Position numbers and translations under genes: made by a program. The notes under the pieces are model-generated. The model saw only the letters and a program-made list of their open reading frames with translations. It did no database searches and was not told the DNA's origin. Shown one piece after another: positions 46,216 through 54,993 of a DNA stretch of 64,000 bases. Source of the DNA: a virus (lineage: Duplodnaviria > Caudoviricetes); IMG/VR virus record IMGVR_UViG_3300033148_003473, positions 1,552 through 65,551 of that record; one strand, given 5' to 3'. Position 1 is the first letter of the stretch, and each line of letters begins with the position of its first letter.

Positions 46216-46434
46216 TTACTCAGTCGGTGTGGTATCATCAAGCAGGGCGCCAAACATCTCCTCGATGGTGCTGTCGAGCTTCCTGGCAATCAGGAGGGCG
46301 TCAACAACTGACACACCACGGACGACACCACGCTCAATCTTGTTGTAGTTGGTGCGGTGGCAGTTGAGGTAATCCGCCATGTCCTGTTGTGTCAGGTGCT
46401 TGGCCTTGCGGGCGTCGCGTAGGCGGTGTAGCAT
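46216..46434 (-). CDS. Cro-like XRE repressor
   Basis: LRDARKAKHLTQQDMA..YNKIERG. Confidence 0.85.
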   Translation of the reverse strand: MLHRLRDARKAKHLTQQDMADYLNCHRTNYNKIERGVVRGVSVVDALLIARKLDSTIEEMFGALLDDTTPTE

Positions 46435-46457
46435 TGGTTCACGTCACCTCCCGTGGT

Positions 46458-46583
46458 GTGAGATGGTTTCACCTGCTAACTCCAGTGTAGTGAAACCAAT
46501 TCACCTTGTCAAGCGTAAAATTGATATAGTGTTAATCTTTTTCACATATTAGTCGATATCGTGGAGGGGAGAATACCGTTCAC
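46458..46583. promoter_or_regulatory. immunity region: leftward promoter and GTGAA-N5-TTCAC operators
   Basis: TTGACA(46512)-17-TACACT on minus strand; operators at 46458 and 46490, weaker ones at 46531 and 46569. Confidence 0.7.
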
Positions 46584-46620
46584 GTTATAATGGAGGAAAC
46601 CTCGCATATGCCTTAGGAAG

Positions 46621-47118
46621 GTGAGTTCATTGCCCAGTTTTGCTGAGCGGCTGAAGAAACTCAGAAAAGAACGCGATATACGCCAGCGGGACCTTGCGGA
46701 AGTGGCCCGTGTGTCGCGGTCTGCCGTAGCTTACTGGGAATCGGGTAAGTCTGCCCCCAACACCCACACGCTGGCACGACTAGCTGACTATTTTGGTGTG
46801 AGCACAGACTATCTCATGGGCCGCACTGATAATCCTAAACCAAAGCCCGCGCCTTTTGACCCCACCAATGAGGATTGGCTCTTGCGTCCCAATTGCCCCA
46901 GTTACCTCAAACTACTGTACGAGGAACCCGACCTCCGCCCCCTGCTCGACGACTCGGAACTCCGCGCCATGCTGGTTGACCCCGAATTCCTCTCTGCTTC
47001 GGTCGAGATACGCCGCTCCGGCGAGGTGGACTACTGGAAAATCTTCAAGCGCATTGTGCGATATTTAGCTTTTGAGCTGTCGCAGGCCCGCCAATCGACG
47101 GATAACGATAGAAAGTAG
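46621..47118 (+). CDS. CI-like XRE repressor (no S24 peptidase domain)
   Basis: RLKKLRKE..QRDLA..VAYWESG..LADYFGVSTDYLMGRTD. Confidence 0.9.
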   Translation: MSSLPSFAERLKKLRKERDIRQRDLAEVARVSRSAVAYWESGKSAPNTHTLARLADYFGVSTDYLMGRTDNPKPKPAPFDPTNEDWLLRPNCPSYLKLLYEEPDLRPLLDDSELRAMLVDPEFLSASVEIRRSGEVDYWKIFKRIVRYLAFELSQARQSTDNDRK

Positions 47119-47192
47119 TTTAGTGCCAAAGGAACTCCATCCCTCGCGTCGAACCCTCTGAGTAAACCAGGCCCAAAAAATTTACCCGCTAT

Positions 47193-47206
47193 CGAACATA
47201 TGTTCG
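47193..47206. promoter_or_regulatory. perfect LexA box
   Basis: CGAACATATGTTCG upstream of ORF 47220 and the integrase. Confidence 0.8.
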
Positions 47207-47340
47207 CCCCTGAAAGGAGTTGTCCACCGTGCTCGTATTACGGCGTTGCGGCAAATGGGTTATAATCGTGGACAGGCAGGCTGAGGAGTGCGAACGGGTT
47301 ACAATGGCGGAGCTAATCGCACGAGGGGAGGCGGTAAAGC

Positions 47341-48498
47341 GTGGCAGTAACGCAGCTGGAGAACGGCACGTGGCGGGCCGGATGGGTTGTTGGAGTGGGC
47401 AGGGACGGGAAGAGGCTCTGGAAGTATCATCAGAAACCCGAATGGACCGGCGCAGGCGGTAAGAAGCAGGCCCAGCTCTACGCGGCGGCCCGCGAGCAGG
47501 AGGTCATGCTGGGTATGTACGCTGACCCCGACGGCATGACCGTGGGCGAGTATCTACGGCAGTGGCTGGACACCTACGGGGAATCGAACCTTGAACAGAC
47601 CACGCTGTCTGGTTATCGAGCTTACTGCGAAAACCACATTATACCCGAGCTCGGGTTCTTGCGGCTGGACAAGCTCCAACCCATGCACCTCCAGCAGTAC
47701 ATTACGAAGAAGTTGAGCTCGGGCCGGAAGGACGGAAAGCCCGGGGGATTGTCACCCACCACCGTCAGGCAACAGTTAGCAATTCTACACAAGGCACTCA
47801 ACATAGCTGTTCGCTGGCAGCTCGTAGCCCGTAACGTCGCCGACGTCGTGGACAAGCCCAGAAAGGCCGACCACGAGCACTCAATCTGGACCAGTGAACA
47901 GGCACTGCAGTTCCTGGAAGCGTGCGAGGGACACCGGCTGTATGCGCTGTACTGGTTGGCGATTACCACGGGCATGCGGCAGGGAGAACTTAAGGGGCTT
48001 CGCTGGCAGGACGTGAAGTGGCAGGCACACCATCTCGACCTTCGCCAGCAGATAACTGAGGACGCGAAGGGGAACCAGATAGTCACCACTCCGAAACAAC
48101 ATTCACAGCGGAAGGTTGCCGTGACCGAGCAGGACCTGTGGGTACTCAAGAAACACAGGGCCCTCATAGCCGAGGAGCGTTTACAGGCCGGATCCGCCTG
48201 GAGCGACGAGTGGGGCGACCTCGTGTTTCCATCGAGCGTCGGCACACCCCTCTACCGCAGAAACATCCGTCGCCATATGAAGCAGGTTATCCGCAAAGCC
48301 GGAGTCCCCGACATCACCTTCCACGAGCTGAGACATACCTCCGCAACGCTCTTACTGGAGCAGGGCATACACCCCGTAATAGTCTCCGAGCGACTGGGCC
48401 ATTCGGACGTATCCATCACCATGAACATCTACCAGCACGCCTTACCGCACATGCAGAAGGAGGCTGCCGAGAGGCTGGGTAAGGCGCTGGCAAAATAA
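47341..48498 (+). CDS. int: tyrosine integrase
   Basis: TTGMRQGEL.GLRW, FHELRHT, ERLGHS..ITMNIYQH. Confidence 0.95.
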   Translation: MAVTQLENGTWRAGWVVGVGRDGKRLWKYHQKPEWTGAGGKKQAQLYAAAREQEVMLGMYADPDGMTVGEYLRQWLDTYGESNLEQTTLSGYRAYCENHIIPELGFLRLDKLQPMHLQQYITKKLSSGRKDGKPGGLSPTTVRQQLAILHKALNIAVRWQLVARNVADVVDKPRKADHEHSIWTSEQALQFLEACEGHRLYALYWLAITTGMRQGELKGLRWQDVKWQAHHLDLRQQITEDAKGNQIVTTPKQHSQRKVAVTEQDLWVLKKHRALIAEERLQAGSAWSDEWGDLVFPSSVGTPLYRRNIRRHMKQVIRKAGVPDITFHELRHTSATLLLEQGIHPVIVSERLGHSDVSITMNIYQHALPHMQKEAAERLGKALAK

Positions 48499-48501
48499 AA
48501 C

Positions 48502-48775
48502 TGCGTACATTTTGCGTACTTTCCGAGTTTAGCAAGCGGATAGCTTAGAAAGGTGAAACCCCCGAAAGCCAGTAGATTCGGGGGTTTCGCGGTTGTAGGC
48601 CCTCAGGGATTCGAACCCTGGACACCCGGATTAAGAGTCCAGACCCGTACACCGCAGTAGTCCGCAGTAGTTGCGCTCAACACCGCATTCTGCCTGCCCT
48701 CCAGCGATTTGGAAACCGCACCCAACAGCACGAACCAGCAGTAGTACGCAGTAAAAATGCGTACTTTTTGCGTAC
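48502..48775. other. attP: core is the 3' half of tRNA-Lys(CTT) at 48596-48640, flanked by TGCGTAC arm repeats
   Basis: minus strand GGACTCTTAATCC...GGTTCGAATCC...; TGCGTAC at 48502, 48513, 48758, 48769. Confidence 0.85.
48555..48588. terminator. hairpin after integrase
   Basis: GAAACCCCCGAA / TTCGGGGGTTTC. Confidence 0.65.
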
Positions 48776-48779
48776 ATGC

Positions 48780-48968
48780 CTACTCCTCAACCCTCACCTC
48801 AATCTGCTTCGCCCGCTTGAGCTGGCTCTCCAGCTTGCTCGCCGCCCTTTTACTGGGCATATCAACGAACAGCTCCCCCGCAACCTCCTGTCGCCAACCC
48901 TCGTATTCCTCCCATGCCAACCTTACCGCAACCGTGATGCGATTGAACTTCATGTTCTCCTCGGCCAT
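48780..48968 (-). CDS. hypothetical protein
   Basis: GGAGGT RBS. Confidence 0.5.
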   Translation of the reverse strand: MAEENMKFNRITVAVRLAWEEYEGWRQEVAGELFVDMPSKRAASKLESQLKRAKQIEVRVEE

Positions 48969-49256
48969 GCTCTGCACCTCCCGTTTTCCTATCCCTATGC
49001 ACTGTTCGCTCAATTGTTGCATACTCTGTTCGTGCAGAGCGTACAGATAGAACACCAAACGAACAGATATGGTCTGTACGCTCTGATAGAATAGAGAGCA
49101 CCGCGAACGAAGGGAGCGGTGCGAACGGAGGCGGACGAGCCATGCTGGGGTATATCGGGGTCCTGCTCATTGGGTACGCAGTGTACCATATCTGGCTGGA
49201 ACTGACATTCTGGAGCCGCCACAGGAGGTTTGAAATGACCATGTTACGCATGGAGC

Positions 49257-50168
49257 GTGAGTACAGTGGACGACGACGTTAGGCGCGTGGGCGAGACACT
49301 GGGTAGAGAAGCAGTGCTGGGGGCTAAACGGTTAGCAGACGCGGTGCTCAACGGGCCGGTGAAGGTCACAGGTCTACCTCAGCCCGGTGACAACCTCGGG
49401 ACTGGTGGCCCACCGGCCAGGGGGAGTGGTTCGTTCACGACCTCCGCAGGCAGTTTCCCCGGCGGGAGTGGACCGAATCTCCAGGTGGTGCCGCCGTGGT
49501 GGATACCGTCGAGGATTCACACGCAACGCGAATGGACGCTCTGGGACATGGGGCAGCAGGCGATAGCACTCGCGCTCGCGGTGCTGATTGTGCCGGAGAC
49601 GCGGGAGTGGGTCATCTCAACCGTGACGACCATGGCGCACGAGGAGCCGTTACGGTTCGCTCAACTAGTCGCCCCGTGGGTAGCTATCGTGGGGTTGGCT
49701 CTGGGTGTCAGGGTGGGCATATTCGAACGACGCAGTAAAGCCGAGCAGGAGTTTTCCGCAGTCTGCGAGGCGCTCAACTGGGAGGTCAGGGTTATCCGCA
49801 GGCAGGAGCTCGACGGTGACGGGGTGAGATTAACGTGTGCAATCCCACACCACCTCTCGGTGGACAGTTTTACGCAACAGCGGCAGGTATTTCAAATGCA
49901 CACCAACCGCCATGTAAGCCTGAAACGCAGCAAGAACCATCTGGTCGTGGAGCTGTGGCCGGTGCAGGAGGAGGTAATCAGATATGCCGAAATTGGCAGT
50001 CCCCTTGGGGAGGGCGCAGGGCCGGTGGGTATACGCAGATTTGCCCAGCTGGCCGCATTTGCTCGTTGGTGGGGAGACTGGTGGAGGAAAGTCCCGGTGG
50101 ATAGCGCAGATGATAATGTACCTCGCCGAGAACCACCCTCCGCAAACGGTCGAGTTCACGCTGATTGA
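49257..50168 (+). CDS. membrane protein, probably the N-terminal partner of FtsK
   Basis: two TM segments; last ~60 codons overlap the FtsK ORF. Confidence 0.55.
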   Translation: MSTVDDDVRRVGETLGREAVLGAKRLADAVLNGPVKVTGLPQPGDNLGTGGPPARGSGSFTTSAGSFPGGSGPNLQVVPPWWIPSRIHTQREWTLWDMGQQAIALALAVLIVPETREWVISTVTTMAHEEPLRFAQLVAPWVAIVGLALGVRVGIFERRSKAEQEFSAVCEALNWEVRVIRRQELDGDGVRLTCAIPHHLSVDSFTQQRQVFQMHTNRHVSLKRSKNHLVVELWPVQEEVIRYAEIGSPLGEGAGPVGIRRFAQLAAFARWWGDWWRKVPVDSADDNVPRREPPSANGRVHAD

Positions 50169-50919
50169 CTTCAAGGAAGTCGAGTACATGGACTTCTGGC
50201 AATTACCGCATATTGAGAGCTACGCAGTTAATCTCCAGGAGGCCCGAGATACATTGTACGCACTGATAAACGAACTTAATCGCCGCAAACAGCTGTTCCG
50301 CAGGGCCGGGGTAAACCGCATAGAGCGTTATAATAGTCAAACCCCAAAGGACAACCGTTTACCGTATCGAATAGTGATAATCGACGAGTATGCCGACCTC
50401 AAGCGGGAGCGGGTTAAACGCTCGGAACTCAGCCTATCGGACATGGTTATGTTGCTGGCACAGAAAGCCAGGTTTGTCGGGTTGCACCTCATATTGTGCG
50501 TGCAAAGACCAAGCACGCAGATAATCTCAGGTGACATCAAGGCCAACATTCCCGCCAGGCTCGCATTCCGCATGTTTTCAGAGACGGACTCACGGGTCAT
50601 CCTCGACGCACCCGATGCGGCATATCTCGAATATGAAGGTGAGGCCATTTACAAATGGCGCTCAGAATTAGTCAGGTTGAAAGGCGCATATCTCGACGAG
50701 GAGGAGGCGGAGCAGCGGTGTGCGATAGTCGCGACCAGGTACCGTTCTCACACCGCGCCCGGGCCCGGGGAAAGGCGAGGGACCGCAAAATCCTCGAGCT
50801 CGTTGAACGCTTCCACTTCGTCGATTCCGCAAGCGTGGCGAGGCTTTTCATGCGCTTTAAAACGGGCCCGCGAGTGGCTCAACGACGCCTCAAGGCCCTC
50901 CACGACGCAGGACTTTTAA
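49984..50919 (+). CDS. FtsK/SpoIIIE-family ATPase
   Basis: PHLLVGGETGGGKS, IDFK, IIDEYADL, ARFVGLHLILCVQRP, DSRVILD. Confidence 0.9.
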   Translation: MPKLAVPLGRAQGRWVYADLPSWPHLLVGGETGGGKSRWIAQMIMYLAENHPPQTVEFTLIDFKEVEYMDFWQLPHIESYAVNLQEARDTLYALINELNRRKQLFRRAGVNRIERYNSQTPKDNRLPYRIVIIDEYADLKRERVKRSELSLSDMVMLLAQKARFVGLHLILCVQRPSTQIISGDIKANIPARLAFRMFSETDSRVILDAPDAAYLEYEGEAIYKWRSELVRLKGAYLDEEEAEQRCAIVATRYRSHTAPGPGERRGTAKSSSSLNASTSSIPQAWRGFSCALKRAREWLNDASRPSTTQDF

Positions 50920-51365
50920 AACGTAATCGCGAGCACTTCAGCGACGCCTACGTGTACTACCTCGGCAAGTGGTCACGCAACTACCTGCACTGGCTGGAGC
51001 TGCTCGACGCATATATATGCACATGGGAAATGTATGGAGTGCAGCTTGAATCATTCGCGCTCGAACAGGAGCTGACGATTGACTCCATCGGCGGCGGTGA
51101 AACGCTCAGGCCCGACGCAGTAGCGACGATAGATAGTAAGACCCTGCTCATCGAGATTGAGCGGGTGCCGCGCTGGAGCGACTACGCAAAATACGCCTGG
51201 GCGTGGCGCATGGGACAGCTGCCCGGCCTCGTGGTGCTGTTTCTGCCAAGCCGACGCAGGCTGGAGAATCGTGACCGCGTGCCATTGGTGCAGGGAGTGT
51301 TGAGTGGCAAAAAACAGGCCCTCCGGCTCGCGGTGGAGGCTTATGAGGATCTGTTCCGCAGGTGA
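50718..51365 (+). CDS. Replic_Relax (replication-relaxation) family protein
   Basis: RDRKILELVERF..AQRRLKAL; LRPDA..LIEIE; follows FtsK. Confidence 0.75.
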   Translation: MCDSRDQVPFSHRARARGKARDRKILELVERFHFVDSASVARLFMRFKTGPRVAQRRLKALHDAGLLKRNREHFSDAYVYYLGKWSRNYLHWLELLDAYICTWEMYGVQLESFALEQELTIDSIGGGETLRPDAVATIDSKTLLIEIERVPRWSDYAKYAWAWRMGQLPGLVVLFLPSRRRLENRDRVPLVQGVLSGKKQALRLAVEAYEDLFRR

Positions 51366-51396
51366 GGCGTTCCGCAGAAATGCTTTCCGCGAATAC

Positions 51397-51424
51397 AAAA
51401 GGCCCCCTCCGCAGTGGAGGGGGC
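51397..51424 (-). terminator. intrinsic terminator after tRNA
   Basis: GCCCCCTCC/GGAGGGGGC followed by CTTTTG. Confidence 0.65.
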
Positions 51425-51432
51425 TGGGGTTG

Positions 51433-51521
51433 CGGAGGGGGTGGGGTTCGAACCCACGGAGGGCGTGAATCCTCAACGATTTAGCAAGCCGATGCCTTCA
51501 GCCAGATTCGGCCACCCATCC
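51433..51521 (-). tRNA. tRNA-Ser(GCT), degenerate
   Basis: TGGCCGA D-arm, TTGCTAA loop, long variable arm, GGTTCGAACCC; mismatches in acceptor and anticodon stems. Confidence 0.65.
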
Positions 51522-51560
51522 CCAGTGCTCAATGGGCGGGCTTTGCGTGGTATGCGTGGA

Positions 51561-51588
51561 ACAGCGTATATCCCCTACCACAAGCTAT
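51561..51588 (-). repeat. 28-bp exact inverted copy of portal gene positions 19981-20008
   Basis: ATAGCTTGTGGTAGGGGATATACGCTGT. Confidence 0.95.
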
Positions 51589-51615
51589 ACCGTTCACGGC
51601 ACGTCATTTGGGCAC

Positions 51616-51645
51616 AAAAAAAGACCCCCTCCCGTAGGAGGGGGT
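51616..51645 (-). terminator. intrinsic terminator
   Basis: ACCCCCTCC-TACG-GGAGGGGGT followed by CTTTTTTT. Confidence 0.8.
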
Positions 51646-51660
51646 TATGGTCTGTGGCGA

Positions 51661-51930
51661 CTATTCATAAAGCGCGGCCAGATCCTCACGGATCTGCGCG
51701 ACGCGCTCGTCGTCAACCGGGCGACTCCGATAAAACCGGGCACTGCGGTATGTAACCCACAGTACGCCGTCGCGGTAGTCAATCTGTGTCTCCTCGTCAC
51801 CGTCCACCGTGTCGAACACGACGGCGGTTGACGGCAGTTCATCGCGGTCGTAGTCGCTGAGCGGCCAGCAGGCGACTTCACGGTATCCGTCTGCTGTCCT
51901 GGTTTCGGAACCTTGAAAGAAGACAAACAT
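51661..51930 (-). CDS. small acidic hypothetical protein
   Basis: AAAGGGAG RBS; 89 aa. Confidence 0.6.
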   Translation of the reverse strand: MFVFFQGSETRTADGYREVACWPLSDYDRDELPSTAVVFDTVDGDEETQIDYRDGVLWVTYRSARFYRSRPVDDERVAQIREDLAALYE

Positions 51931-52024
51931 TGTTGCGCTCCCTTTCACCGGCCCCTGCTCGTCAGGGGTGCGGGCCGGTTGGATTTTGCACCCGACCGGG
52001 CCGCTAGTTGGCCCGGTTTCGCGG

Positions 52025-52897
52025 TTAGTTCTCGATTGTGTCGCGGAGTGGCCAGTCATCGCCAACTCGCCGAACTGCGAGGGTCATCGTTGCCCAGTCT
52101 TCATCGAGTCCCCGAAGGGCCTCGATGCCCTCCTGTGCCTCCTCGACGCTATCAAACTCGTTCGCGTCACTCGCCCCCAGTCCGTCAGTCGTCCACTCTG
52201 AGCCGGGCGAGGCAGTCAGTGGGGTGACGATTTCGTACATTTCGTCCTCCTCCTCGTCGCAGTCGAGGTCGTAGTACACACCCCGACGGTCGAGCTCCTC
52301 GGTGATTTCGCGCACGACCTCTGTGGCAATCTCGAATGCCTCGCCGTATGCCCTCCATCCCCTGTCTGGCTGGTGCGTGGGGTCCTGCCAGTCAGAGTCA
52401 CCGGGGCGAAAATCCGTGGCCTCGTCGATGGCCTCGCGCAGCGCGTCGGCGTCGGCCTCGCGCACGCGGACCTGCCACGCCGCGCTACCCGGGTGTGCGT
52501 CGAGCATATCGCACACGTCGCAGCTGCAGTACTCACCCGGCACCCAGGTGAGCCCGGTCGGCAGCTGGGCCACCAGGTCGGCGAGGTTGTCGAACATTTC
52601 CCGGCTGTGTGCGGGCAGGTCGCCCTTGGCAACCGTCAGCTGATAGCCTTCGGCCTGTCGGCTGGCGCCATAGGTGTAGTTGTCATAGCGAGCTTCGCAG
52701 TAGTCGTGCCTGCGAAGCAGGTTCTCGATAATCCTCGTCATTCTTGTGCCCTCCTCTGGGGTGTTGAAATAAACCTGGTCTACAGCTTCGCGTACCAGGT
52801 CGCTCATGCTGGTACGCTTCCGTATTGCGAGGATTTTCAGTTCCTCAAGTTGCTGACGCTCGAAATAGACCGTTGCTCTCTCCATGTCGTCTGTCAT
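52025..52897 (-). CDS. RHH/CopG domain fused to acidic hypothetical domains
   Basis: RATVYF..QLEELKILAIRKRTSMSDLVREAVD; internal RBS+ATG at 52741 and 52240. Confidence 0.7.
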   Translation of the reverse strand: MTDDMERATVYFERQQLEELKILAIRKRTSMSDLVREAVDQVYFNTPEEGTRMTRIIENLLRRHDYCEARYDNYTYGASRQAEGYQLTVAKGDLPAHSREMFDNLADLVAQLPTGLTWVPGEYCSCDVCDMLDAHPGSAAWQVRVREADADALREAIDEATDFRPGDSDWQDPTHQPDRGWRAYGEAFEIATEVVREITEELDRRGVYYDLDCDEEEDEMYEIVTPLTASPGSEWTTDGLGASDANEFDSVEEAQEGIEALRGLDEDWATMTLAVRRVGDDWPLRDTIEN

Positions 52898-52972
52898 TTT
52901 GCTACCTCCTCATGTTGGATTTGAAACCATCGTAGGGAGTCACAACCTAAGCTGTGGCCCCCGTCGTTGACT

Positions 52973-53164
52973 TCAATTTCCGTTACGTAGAATACTTGCC
53001 ACATTGTCCATGATTCCAGCCTTCCAGCCCCTGAAGTAGGCCTGCCAGCTGGTTGGCAAATAAGCGTCGGGCAGCTCGGGTGGGTCTGGTTCGGGACTGC
53101 GCTGGTACGGTTTGCCCTCCTGCGCGTCCTTATAGCCACACAATAACCAGTCGTTGTTAGTCAT
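52973..53164 (-). CDS. small hypothetical protein (ribosome-modulation-factor-like pattern)
   Basis: GYKDAQEGK...AYFRGWKAG; AAGGAGGTG RBS. Confidence 0.5.
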   Translation of the reverse strand: MTNNDWLLCGYKDAQEGKPYQRSPEPDPPELPDAYLPTSWQAYFRGWKAGIMDNVASILRNGN

Positions 53165-53438
53165 ATCACACCTCCTTTACGGTGTTTGGAAAAGTAGCAG
53201 GAGATACTGCGACGGGCATGGTATTCGGTCCGGCCCAGTACGGCCCTTAGCACCCATGCAGTTGCCGTCTAACACGGATAGGGCAGGCGGTCCGGGCGAT
53301 GTCCTGTCCCTATCCGTGCGTTCTCTCCCAATGTTTGAATCCTGTGTGGTGGGTCGGACCCGGAAGTCCGGCCCGGTGTTGCATCAAATCGCGGTTTGGA
53401 TTTGAAAGCTCCACAGGAAACCGGGGCAGACAATGCAA

Positions 53439-53639
53439 CTAGCGAACCAGCAGCTTCAGGCCAGCGTGCACCGCGCACGACATGCCCAAACCGGCATTCG
53501 CTTTACCGCATATCAGCCAGGGGCAACCGCACGATGTGTAGTAGCCCGTGACCTCCTGCGGTCCCTGCCAGGTATGAAGCAGGATTGTGGCACCCTTCGG
53601 GTAATCACCACGCATGTACTGTGCAACCGTGATAGTCAA
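53439..53639 (-). CDS. small hypothetical protein
   Basis: first ORF after the strong promoter. Confidence 0.45.
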   Translation of the reverse strand: MTITVAQYMRGDYPKGATILLHTWQGPQEVTGYYTSCGCPWLICGKANAGLGMSCAVHAGLKLLVR

Positions 53640-53876
53640 TCAGACTAAGCCCCCTTCGTTGGGATTGACCCCGGCCTCCTGTGGAGGCTTCAAACCTCCT
53701 GCCCGGTAAACCCCAGGCCTCTCAACCGGCTTTCATTCGTCTCCCTGCGCTTTGCGTGCCCCGCTCGCGCTCGCCCTCTCGGGGTCCTGGCGGTCGTGGC
53801 AGAGTCTGCTCCACGTGTGTCCCTTACTTGCCGGTCTCTATTCGGTTTTCAAGGTGCCGTTTCTCTTACTATCTAC

Positions 53877-53905
53877 ATTATAACGCCATGGCGTTATGGT
53901 GTCAA
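53877..53905 (-). promoter_or_regulatory. consensus sigma-A promoter with 18-bp palindromic operator
   Basis: TTGACA-17-TATAAT; ATAACGCCATGGCGTTAT at 53880-53897; boxA-like CACCTTGAAAAC downstream. Confidence 0.85.
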
Positions 53906-54423
53906 GTCGTTATAGCAAAAAAGTTGAGAAATTTTCGAAAAAGTTTTGGCTATACTGGCGGATCGGGGAGATAGCGTGGCCAGGAGCACACCAGGAGGAG
54001 GGGCAATTCAGGACACGGAACACGGAGGGAGCACCGACAGGAGGCTGGGTAGTGACACGTCGAGCGAGACAGTCTGTAGCATGACAGACATGGTGGGACA
54101 AGTTCGGTGGGACAAGCTAGCTTAGTGGTCACTGGAGGGGTTACGGTTGAGGGGACAGGCTCATGGTAGGCGGGGGAGTAGAGGGAGGGCAGACTGAGCT
54201 GTGGGAGGGGTAGAGGGAGGTAGATCGGGGCGGGGACGTTATTAGCTCAACTCATGTCGCTGATACGAGAAAAAATGAGTGTGACCTGTTGCTAACACCT
54301 GGTCACCTACTCATAACACCTGCTCACAATACCGCTATCACCCAAAAGCGGTACTCTATTCGAGCAAAACAGAGCCCGGGCAGAAAACCCGGGCCAGGAC
54401 AGCATAAACGGTACTGTATTGTG

Positions 54424-54993
54424 TTAATCACCAGCGGCCAGCCGGAAGCCCCTCAGCGCGTCCTCCAGCTCCTCGTCAACGACGTGTGTGTAAATCATGG
54501 TCGTGGACAGGTCAGAGTGGCCCAGGGCTTTCTGGACAAGCCGTATGTTCTTGGTCTCCCGATACAGGTCTGTCGCGAACGTGTGGCGAAGCATGTGTGG
54601 GTGAACGTCTTTCGTTATCCCGGCCTTACGAGCCAGGCGTTTCACCATGGCCCTTAGGTACCTGGCACTGAGCTGGCCTCCCTGCAGCGTCACGAACAGG
54701 TGTTCTCCCGACGGTCTTACCTCCCGCCACCCACGAAGCTTCTCCAGTGTGGCCTCGTTGAGCCACAGTACCCGGTCTTTCGCGCCCTTCCCCTCTCTCA
54801 CGAACAGCTTCCCACTGGTCCAGCCGATATGCTCCGGTTTGAGGTTCAACAGCTCACTGGCCCGTAATCCCACGTCGAACATGACTCTCAGCATGCAGTG
54901 ATTGCGTAACCCCGTTGGGCACCCCTGGTTGGGCTGAGCCAACAACCTCTTCTGCTCCCTCTCCGTCAGCACCTCTGGCAAGCGTCTACCCAT
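54424..54993 (-). CDS. short tyrosine recombinase (catalytic domain only)
   Basis: GLRASEL, GKGAKDR, HPHMLRHTFAT, LGHSDLSTTMIYTH. Confidence 0.92.
   Translation of the reverse strand: MGRRLPEVLTEREQKRLLAQPNQGCPTGLRNHCMLRVMFDVGLRASELLNLKPEHIGWTSGKLFVREGKGAKDRVLWLNEATLEKLRGWREVRPSGEHLFVTLQGGQLSARYLRAMVKRLARKAGITKDVHPHMLRHTFATDLYRETKNIRLVQKALGHSDLSTTMIYTHVVDEELEDALRGFRLAAGD

Noticed and set aside
48596-48640. Intact tRNA-Lys gene
   Set aside because: Only the anticodon-to-3' half is present, next to the integrase and between arm repeats, so it is the attP core
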